The notes under the pieces are model-generated. The model was not told the DNA's origin. It ran no database searches and saw only the letters and a list, made by a program, of their open reading frames with translations. Below, piece by piece: positions 38,521 to 45,618 of a DNA stretch of 64,000 nucleotides. The translations under genes were made by a program, and so were the position numbers. Position 1 is the first letter of the stretch. The number at the start of each line of letters is the position of its first letter. The DNA is from an uncultured Eubacteriales bacterium (GTDB taxonomy: Bacteria > Bacillota > Sulfobacillia > Fermentithermobacillales > Fermentithermobacillaceae), in NCBI GenBank assembly GCA_964641455.1, contig CAZXLH010000003.1, forward strand, positions 8,592 to 72,591. Reading direction: 5' to 3'.

Positions 38521-39987
38521 TTACCTGTAGATGCTGGCTCCGGGCCTGCGTTCCAGGGGACAACCTCCGCCACATAGGTCGAGTTCCTCGCATGAGATAC
38601 ATTCCTCAGGAAGCACAGGGAAATCAGGGTGTGTGACAACCCCCGGAATTCTCCGTTTTCTCAACGCCTGAGCCAATCGATGATTCCAAATATCCGGAAA
38701 CTGATCTGTAAGCGCATTGCCTATAGATTTGTAATATGACTGGCACGGCATCACGTTGGCGTCAGGTTCAATGGCCATAACAGTGCTTGCGGCCGAACAC
38801 GTCTTAACACCCAGGGCAAGATCCACCGGGTTCAATTCCTTGTAACAAGTCGGCGTATACCATATAAACGGGAAATCTTCATCTGCCGATACCTTAATCA
38901 CTTCGTCTAAAAGATCCTTTAGCTCCTCAGGTTCAAGCCCTTCATGTGACACTCCGCGGCCTGAACGTATCAAAGCATTGAGGCCGAATTTTTTCACGCC
39001 AAGGGTTTTTATGAATCTTATTGTCTCAATAACCGAATCTTTATTATCCCTGGTTATGGTGGTATTAGTGGTTGTGTATATCCTTGACGCTGCATTCCTT
39101 ATGCCGTCTACCGTTTCAGCCCATGCACCCTCCACCCCTACCATCTTGTCGTGAACCTCAGGGCTGAGTGATTCAAGTGTGACCTGGGCAAAATCCAACC
39201 CGGCTTCGGCCAATTCCGCAACTCTTGGCCCGGTAAGAAGCCTGCCATTGGTGATAAGGCCGGTAATAAGGCCGCTGTCTTCAGCATGTTGCACCAAAAC
39301 ATCAATACCATCTCTTAACAGCGGTTCCCCGCCTGTAAATACTACTGTAGGAACTCCCCAATCAGATAACCTGTCGATAATTTGCTTCCACGAGTTTATG
39401 GAAATCTCCCGTGTACTGTGAGGCCCGCCTGCATAGCAATGGCTGCAATTGTTCTGGCACCTATAGGTGAGAATCAGATCGCATCTGTATGGAGCGGAAA
39501 GTTCAACTGACAACGGATCTATGCGCCTTACTTCGAATTCCGAAAACGGGCACATGCCTCCTTCAGCAACAGCAATCACCGAACCCCAGAGCCTTTCCCA
39601 ATCAGGTGCAGCCCGGCTCTCTTCCACCTTAAACTTGCGCCTTATTCTCCTTATCACCCTGGGAGCGAGCGCCGTGCCAACCTCCCGCGGATTGGAAATA
39701 TCAATTGAGTTCAAACTTACATCAGGGGTTTTACCCAAGATTCTGGCTAGCAGGCCCGGGGAAGCCGCTGCGCCTGTGCCTACTCCAAATCCTTCTCCGG
39801 ATTCTTCCCGCCCGCTCCCGGCAATGGCCAGCCTTTCGTATTCATCAAAGAAAGCCTCAAAATAAGCCCTGGCTATATTATCAAGAAACAAAGCAGCCTG
39901 AGCATTAATTATCAGAACTCCGGTTTTGTCAGCCTCTCTTCGCAAGTGGAGTTTCAAATCACCTATCCGGATCTTTAGCATAAACAC
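38521..39987 (-). CDS. Radical SAM/SPASM-domain protein with a PqqD/RRE-like N-terminal domain
   Basis: CQNNCSHC, FTGGEPLLR, ITNG, and SPASM Cys motifs CSAA...IEPDANVMPC and CISCEELDLCGGGCP; about 150-aa N-terminal extension with three beta strands then helices. Confidence 0.9.
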   Translation of the reverse strand: MFMLKIRIGDLKLHLRREADKTGVLIINAQAALFLDNIARAYFEAFFDEYERLAIAGSGREESGEGFGVGTGAAASPGLLARILGKTPDVSLNSIDISNPREVGTALAPRVIRRIRRKFKVEESRAAPDWERLWGSVIAVAEGGMCPFSEFEVRRIDPLSVELSAPYRCDLILTYRCQNNCSHCYAGGPHSTREISINSWKQIIDRLSDWGVPTVVFTGGEPLLRDGIDVLVQHAEDSGLITGLITNGRLLTGPRVAELAEAGLDFAQVTLESLSPEVHDKMVGVEGAWAETVDGIRNAASRIYTTTNTTITRDNKDSVIETIRFIKTLGVKKFGLNALIRSGRGVSHEGLEPEELKDLLDEVIKVSADEDFPFIWYTPTCYKELNPVDLALGVKTCSAASTVMAIEPDANVMPCQSYYKSIGNALTDQFPDIWNHRLAQALRKRRIPGVVTHPDFPVLPEECISCEELDLCGGGCPLERRPGASIYR

Positions 39988-40023
39988 CGCACCCTTTCTT
40001 TATGGCAATGCGCCCGGGCTCGC

Positions 40024-40102
40024 TGAAACACCGGGGACGGTCCTAAATGTTTCATCCTAAAACATCAGGGACGAAACATCAGGGACGGTCCTAAACGTTT
40101 CA
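40024..40102. repeat. Two (plus a partial) 31-bp elements with terminal inverted repeats, REP-like
   Basis: TGAAACA-CCGGGGACGGTCCTAAA-TGTTTCA at 40024-40054, a partial AAACATCAGGGAC, then GAAACAT-CAGGGACGGTCCTAA-ACGTTTCA. Confidence 0.7.
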
Positions 40103-40293
40103 ATCTCATTCCGCGTCTTTACCTGTGCAATTCATTCCAACGTCCGACTACTATTCTACTATGAAACATTAGACATTGGGGAAGGTCGATGGACAATGAT
40201 TTCGTTACCTTATACTCTTAATAGCCCCCTAATATGCCAACGCCAGGCTTGCCTGAGAGCCAGCCTGCAAAACGAGGCTCAACCAGGGCTCCT

Positions 40294-40688
40294 TGGTACA
40301 GGTGGCGTACCACCCACCAGTGATTGTGCCTCGGACGGTGCTGAATGGTACACGTGATGTACCACTCACCAGGTGATTGTGCCTCGGACGGTGCTGAATG
40401 GTACACATGGCGTACCACTCGGCAGGTGATTGTGCCTCGGACAGTGCTGAATGGTACACGTGGCGTACCACTCACCAGGTGATTGTGCCTCGGACGGTGC
40501 TGAATGGTACACGTGATGTACCACTCACCAGGTGATTGTGCCTCGGACGGTGCTGAATGGTACACGTAGCGTACCACTCGGCAGGTGATTGTGCCTCGAA
40601 CAGTGCTGAATGGTACACGTGGCGTACCACTCGGCAGGTGATTGTGCCTCGAACAGTGCTGAATGGTACACATGGCGTACCACTCGGC
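40294..40688. repeat. 53-bp tandem repeat array, 7 full units plus a partial unit, each with a palindrome
   Basis: Units start at 40294 (52 bp), 40346, 40399, 40452, 40505, 40558, 40611 and 40664 (partial). Consensus TGGTACACGTGGCGTACCACTC(ACC/GGC)AGGTGATTGTGCCTCGGAC(G/A)GTGCTGAA. Confidence 0.97.
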
Positions 40689-40729
40689 CTATGATTTTGC
40701 AGTTAACTAAGCCTAGTCAGGCGGGAACA

Positions 40730-41003
40730 ACATAGGCCGTAAGGGCATGAGCCAGAGTGGCACAAAGAACACGAGGCGGCATTTGAGCTAGCTCAAAACG
40801 AAGCAAAGCGGCGCTTCCATCGTTGCCCTAAATGCACCAGATGGGTGTGCGAAAACGACTGGAACGAACAGACAGCCCTTTGCACTGAGTCCGCTCCCAG
40901 GGAGGCCGTAGAAGTTGCCGCTGCCAGGGCTCCAAAAATGGTCGACGACATACAAGACAAACCAGGGTTGACTCCTGATACCTCGAAAGCCTCATTTACC
41001 TGA
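40730..41003 (+). pseudogene. Remnant of a zinc-ribbon domain protein gene
   Basis: The frame from 40755 reads EWHKEHEAAFELAQNEAKRRFHRCPKCTRWVCENDWNEQTALCTESAP...*, with no in-frame start. The upstream GMS codons are one base out of frame. Confidence 0.6.
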
Positions 41004-41178
41004 CGGCAGCAAACGATAAAACCCAAGAAATAATTTTACTTTAGCACCAAAAACATTATAATTAATTGCAGTTGATTCAGATAAGGCTTTGTGGCCCACT
41101 GCATCATTGATGACCAAAGTGCCGGTAAAGCCAGGAATGGCCTTTTAGCCATAGTTGGCACTGAAAGCGGGGCTCGGC

Positions 41179-42264
41179 ATGGCTGATACCATCCTACAGC
41201 TAATTCATATTGAAAAGAGTTTTGCCAATTCAAAGGTTCTTAACGGCATTGACCTTAGGGTCCGCAAAGGCGAGTTCCTTACCCTATTGGGCCCTTCAGG
41301 TTGCGGCAAAACAACCACGCTGCGCATAATTGCAGGCCTGGAGACACCTGACAGAGGACGCGTCCTAATTGAAGGCAAAGATGTAACCTACGAAGAACCG
41401 AACAAACGAAATGTTAACATGGTATTCCAGAATTACGCCCTGTTTCCGCACATGAATGTAGAACAAAACATCGGATACAGCCTACGGCTACGACGAGTTG
41501 ATAAGGCAAGCATCAGAAAAACCGTTCAAGATGCACTGGAACTTGTACAACTTGAGGACTTTGAAAAACGGATGCCAAATGAACTGTCAGGCGGCCAGCA
41601 ACAACGTGTAGCTATTGCAAGGGCAATCGTCAACCAGCCTGCGCTTTTGCTGTTAGACGAACCTCTTGGTGCTCTGGACCTTCAGTTACGGCGCCAAATG
41701 CAAACAGAACTCAAACGACTGCAAAAAAGATTAGGCGTTACCTTTGTATACATTACCCACGATCAAGAAGAAGCCTTGAACATGTCAGATCGCATTGCAG
41801 TCATGCGCAATGGCAAGTTTGAGCAAATCGATACACCGTCAGAAGTATATGATCGGCCCAAAACAAGTTATGTAGCCAGATTTGTCGGTTCTGCCAACAT
41901 CCTCAGAGGCAAAGCCTCCAACGTGAATAATCAACTGGTTGAGTTTCAGAATGAAAATGGAACCACGCTGGTCTCTACACAAGGGGCACACATTGCATCC
42001 GGGCAGACTGTTACCATTGCTGTACGCGGTGAAATAATAGAATTGGCTCCGGACGTTCCCATGCATTCTGCGGGCCTTCGGGCCATAGTAAAAGAAAAGC
42101 GCTTTGCAGGAGGGGTACTCCAGGTCATAGTAGCCCTGGCTGACGGCAGCGAACTGGTTTCCAAGTACCATGGTATCGATCTTCCCTTTGCTCCTGGCGA
42201 TCGGGTTATTGCAACCTGGCAACCGGACGATGCAGTTCTTGTTGATCTGGAGGATACAGCATGA
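41179..42264 (+). CDS. potA: Spermidine/putrescine ABC transporter ATPase
   Basis: GPSGCGKT, LSGGQQQRVA, LLLDEPLGALD motifs and a TOBE tail. Start taken at the ATG at 41179. Confidence 0.9.
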   Translation: MADTILQLIHIEKSFANSKVLNGIDLRVRKGEFLTLLGPSGCGKTTTLRIIAGLETPDRGRVLIEGKDVTYEEPNKRNVNMVFQNYALFPHMNVEQNIGYSLRLRRVDKASIRKTVQDALELVQLEDFEKRMPNELSGGQQQRVAIARAIVNQPALLLLDEPLGALDLQLRRQMQTELKRLQKRLGVTFVYITHDQEEALNMSDRIAVMRNGKFEQIDTPSEVYDRPKTSYVARFVGSANILRGKASNVNNQLVEFQNENGTTLVSTQGAHIASGQTVTIAVRGEIIELAPDVPMHSAGLRAIVKEKRFAGGVLQVIVALADGSELVSKYHGIDLPFAPGDRVIATWQPDDAVLVDLEDTA

Positions 42265-43178
42265 AACAATCTTCTACCATTCCCGTGATCTCCGGGAAAC
42301 CCAGGCCAAAGATCAATGCCAAAACCAATAAGAAGGTAGATGCGGCGTTTTTGACCGTAATGCCCCTTTATGTTTTTACACTGCTTTTCGTAGCAGGCCC
42401 GTTAGTTTACATGGTTATACTCAGTTTTTTGAAGCGGGCTGAAATATGGGGGATTGTACACGAGTTCACCTTGGATAACTACGCCAATATTTTGGAACCT
42501 ATTTATTTGAAAACCTTCTGGGAATCTCTCAAACTGGCCGGGCTTACCACTTTGTTGGTCGCTTTAACCGGCTATCCCTTTGGTTATTTCATGGCGAAAC
42601 TGACAGCAAAGTGGAAGCAACGGGTTATGTTATTGCTCATGATTCCTTTTTGGACCAGTTCCCTTATACGCCTGTACGGTTGGATCATCATTTTTCGGGC
42701 TAACGGTACCCTGGACCGGTTGCTCATGGGGCTTAAGATCACCGGTGCCCCTCTCAAGTTACTATACACCTACGCTGCTGTAGCCGTTGGCATGGTCTAC
42801 GCTCTGGTTCCGTTCATGATCTTTTCTGTCTACTCAAGCGCCGAAAAACTGGACTGGCAGTTAGTCGAAGCGGCACGGGATCTTGGCGCTACCCGCTTTC
42901 AGGCCTTTTGGACCATATCATTCCGGCTGACTCTGCCAGGGCTTCTGTCCGGTGTTGTTCTTACGTTCATTCCGTCAATGGGCTTGTTTTTCATCGCAGA
43001 CATTCTAGGCGGCAATAAGGTTGTGCTTATAGGCAATCTAATACACGAACAACTCATGAAGGCACGCAACTGGCCCTTTGCAGCTGCTCTCTCGGTTGTG
43101 CTCATGATCCTTACAAGCCTAATGATTGGCTTGTACCGAAAAATCTCCGGGGTAAAGGAGTTGGAAGGCCTGTTATGA
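42261..43178 (+). CDS. potB: Spermidine/putrescine ABC permease
   Basis: IPFWTSSLIRLYGW, EAARDLGA and NWPFAAALS motifs. Confidence 0.9.
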   Translation: MKQSSTIPVISGKPRPKINAKTNKKVDAAFLTVMPLYVFTLLFVAGPLVYMVILSFLKRAEIWGIVHEFTLDNYANILEPIYLKTFWESLKLAGLTTLLVALTGYPFGYFMAKLTAKWKQRVMLLLMIPFWTSSLIRLYGWIIIFRANGTLDRLLMGLKITGAPLKLLYTYAAVAVGMVYALVPFMIFSVYSSAEKLDWQLVEAARDLGATRFQAFWTISFRLTLPGLLSGVVLTFIPSMGLFFIADILGGNKVVLIGNLIHEQLMKARNWPFAAALSVVLMILTSLMIGLYRKISGVKELEGLL

Positions 43179-43245
43179 ATAACCTGAAAAGTATTTCCGG
43201 AATACCCTGGTTTCCAAAACCAGCTGCCTTGACGGAGGGGCCGGT

Positions 43246-44088
43246 ATGAAGAACCGGACAAAGATCCCCAACATCTATCTTGGCTTGATACTCGTCATAA
43301 TGTATATACCTATTTTGCTGGTAATCATATACTCCTTCAATCAAAGCAAGATCAGTTCGGTATGGGGTGGATTTTCCCTGAAATGGTATGAGGAGTTATT
43401 CAGGGATAAGGACTTGCTTGAGGCTATGGTAAACAGCCTTGTTCTGGCGGCCATAAGCAGCATTTTGGCTGCCATAATCGGAACTTTGGCAGCAATAGGT
43501 ATGCCAAAGGCTAAACTGATCAGCAAGAGTGTTATCGAATATATTTCCACGTTGCCAATCATGATCCCAGAGATTGTCCTGGGCATGGTTTTCCTGGTAT
43601 TTTTCTCACTGCTCAGATTGCCCTTTGGCATGATTACTCTTACCATCGCCCATACATCGTTTTGCATTCCCTATGTTTATATGCTGGTAAAAGCAAGGTT
43701 AGTGGGTATTGACAAAAGTTATGCAGAAGCCGCTAAAGATCTTGGAGCCAATGAATGGAACGTATTTTTCGATATTACACTGCCGCTCATCCTGCCGGCC
43801 ATTGTCTCAGGCATGCTTCTTTCTTTTGCCATGAGCCTGGATGATGTTGTCATTAGTGTTTTCGTAACCGGCGTACATACGAATACACTTCCACTGAAAA
43901 TATACACCCAGCTCAAAACCGGGGTAACACCCAAAATCAACGCACTGTGTACAATCATGTTCGGGGCAACTTTGCTTGTGCTGTTGCTGGCCTCATGGGC
44001 CAGCAAACAAACTTCAAAAAGAACCAACAGGAGGGGAAAACATGAAGAGAGTCCTGAGAACCGCTTTGGTATTGGCGTTGTTCGGTAG
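43246..44088 (+). CDS. potC: Spermidine/putrescine ABC permease
   Basis: YIPIL..IIYSFN, PEIVLG, EAAKDLGA and SLDDVVIS motifs. Confidence 0.9.
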   Translation: MKNRTKIPNIYLGLILVIMYIPILLVIIYSFNQSKISSVWGGFSLKWYEELFRDKDLLEAMVNSLVLAAISSILAAIIGTLAAIGMPKAKLISKSVIEYISTLPIMIPEIVLGMVFLVFFSLLRLPFGMITLTIAHTSFCIPYVYMLVKARLVGIDKSYAEAAKDLGANEWNVFFDITLPLILPAIVSGMLLSFAMSLDDVVISVFVTGVHTNTLPLKIYTQLKTGVTPKINALCTIMFGATLLVLLLASWASKQTSKRTNRRGKHEESPENRFGIGVVR

Positions 44089-45103
44089 CATCTTTGCCGG
44101 CTGCAATCCTGAAAGTGCCAAGGGCAAAGAAACTAAGTTGAACCTGTTTACCTGGGAAGGAATGTTCCCCCAGGACGTGCTCGATGGATTCACCGCTGAA
44201 ACAGGTATCGCAATCAACTACAGCAACTTCGACTACAACGAAACTATGCTTGCTAAACTTGAAGCAGCCAAAGGCGGGGATTATGACCTGGTTATCGCTG
44301 ACGACTACATTCTCCAAACAGTCATCGACCGTGGCCTGGCGCAAAAACTTGATCGCTCAAAGATTCCGAACTTTGAACATATTAACCCTGTATACCAAGG
44401 ACAGTTCTATGATCCTGACGATGAATACACAGCGCCCTACGGTGCCGGCGTCCAGACCATCGTTTATGACCCCAACGAGGTTCAAATCGAGATCACCGGA
44501 TACGCTGATCTTTGGAACGAATCTCTTAAAGATAATCTGGGAACTATCGCAAATTACCGTGTCATTATCGGCATGGCACTTAAAGTCCTAGGCGAGAGTT
44601 ATAATACTGAAGATTTGGACACTATCAAGGCTGCAGGCGAAAAACTGCTTGAAATTGCACCAAATATCCGCATAATCAAAGACGACAATCTTCAGGATGA
44701 TCTTCTGTCAGGGGAAATCGGGGTTGCAGTGATGTACACATCCCAGGTAACAACAGCAGTGCTGGCCAATCCTGATTTGAAGATTGTTTTCCCTGAAGAA
44801 GGAATCGGATTTGGTATCATGGCCAACTTCATTCCGTCCAATGCGCCTAACCCGGATGCAGCCCATAAGTTCATTGATTTCATCTTGCAGCCTGAAATAT
44901 CTGCCCGGTGTTTTGAATACCTGGGATACTACTGCACCAACAAAGCGGCAGAAGACCTAATAAATCCGGATTTCAAAGATATGCTTACACTGCCTTCTGA
45001 CCTGAGCGGCGATATGGAAATGATTCAAACCGTCGGAGCTGAAGCCGAAGAGATGCACGCAAAAATGTGGACCGAATTCAAAGTTGCCTGCGGGCAATCA
45101 TAA
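44042..45103 (+). CDS. potD: Spermidine/putrescine-binding lipoprotein
   Basis: Lipobox FAGC, LNLFTWEG and the PEEG motif. Start taken at the ATG at 44042. Confidence 0.88.
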   Translation: MKRVLRTALVLALFGSIFAGCNPESAKGKETKLNLFTWEGMFPQDVLDGFTAETGIAINYSNFDYNETMLAKLEAAKGGDYDLVIADDYILQTVIDRGLAQKLDRSKIPNFEHINPVYQGQFYDPDDEYTAPYGAGVQTIVYDPNEVQIEITGYADLWNESLKDNLGTIANYRVIIGMALKVLGESYNTEDLDTIKAAGEKLLEIAPNIRIIKDDNLQDDLLSGEIGVAVMYTSQVTTAVLANPDLKIVFPEEGIGFGIMANFIPSNAPNPDAAHKFIDFILQPEISARCFEYLGYYCTNKAAEDLINPDFKDMLTLPSDLSGDMEMIQTVGAEAEEMHAKMWTEFKVACGQS

Positions 45104-45105
45104 TC

Positions 45106-45145
45106 AAGCTCGCGGCCCTGAGCATATGCTCGGGGCCGCGAGCTT
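45106..45145 (+). terminator. 18-bp hairpin after potD
   Basis: AAGCTCGCGGCCCTGAGC-ATAT-GCTCGGGGCCGCGAGCTT starts 3 bp after the stop; there is no clear U-tract. Confidence 0.6.
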
Positions 45146-45202
45146 GCAAAAGCATATCCATGCAGGGATTGCTTAACAAATAGCAAACCGCAACATTAGG
45201 AC

Positions 45203-45231
45203 TTGTGAACTAAAAGAACCCATGCTAAAAT
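45203..45231 (+). promoter_or_regulatory. sigmaA promoter of tRNA-Leu
   Basis: TTGTGA-N17-TAAAAT with an extended TG, 12 bp before the tRNA. Confidence 0.65.
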
Positions 45232-45242
45232 TAGATGTCAGT

Positions 45243-45330
45243 GCCGGGGTGATGGAATTGGCAGTCATGCGCGACTCAAAATCGCGTGGGGTAACCCCCC
45301 GTGCGGGTTCGACTCCCGCCCTCGGCACCA
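45243..45330 (+). tRNA. tRNA-Leu (anticodon CAA)
   Basis: Acceptor stem GCCGGGG/CCTCGGC-A-CCA, anticodon loop CT-CAA-AA, long variable arm, T-arm GGTTCGACTCC. Confidence 0.96.
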
Positions 45331-45501
45331 TTGTTTTGCAGGGAAATATCAATGGCGGCAATCATGCATAGTACGCAACAAAGTGCGGATTGCCGCTATT
45401 TTGCCGTTAACTTTCTTTTATGCTTACTTCTTATGTGACCGGGGTGGTTCACTCTGTTTGTTCTTGGATTCTTTCACGGTTACTTCCGTTGAAACCACGT
45501 A

Positions 45502-45530
45502 AAGAAGCACCCTTTCGGGTGCTTCTTCTT
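45502..45530. terminator. Intrinsic terminator between the convergent tRNA and S15 hydrolase genes
   Basis: AAGAAGCACCC-TTTC-GGGTGCTTCTT (GAAA tetraloop on the minus strand) with T-rich tails. Confidence 0.8.
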
Positions 45531-45618
45531 AATGCTCCACATGTTAATGCTCCACATGCTTCCTTAGGTGTTATGCCAGATACTTCTGCCAGATACTCCC
45601 CTTCCGAAACATTGCCCT

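Noticed and set aside
38394-38639. 81-aa minus-strand ORF after the rSAM gene as a RiPP precursor
   Set aside because: It overlaps the rSAM 3' end in another frame, has only one Cys, no RBS and no leader/core pattern.
40218-40673. ORFs (151 aa and 80 aa, minus strand) spanning the repeat array
   Set aside because: The 53-bp period is not a multiple of 3, so the peptides just cycle through frames. They have no RBS or domain motif and are by-products of the repeat.
40294-40688. CRISPR array
   Set aside because: The whole 53-bp unit repeats with no unique spacers, and no cas gene is in the window.
45529-45560. 15-bp direct repeat TAATGCTCCACATG(T/C) in two copies
   Set aside because: A single short duplication next to a terminator, with no sign of function.
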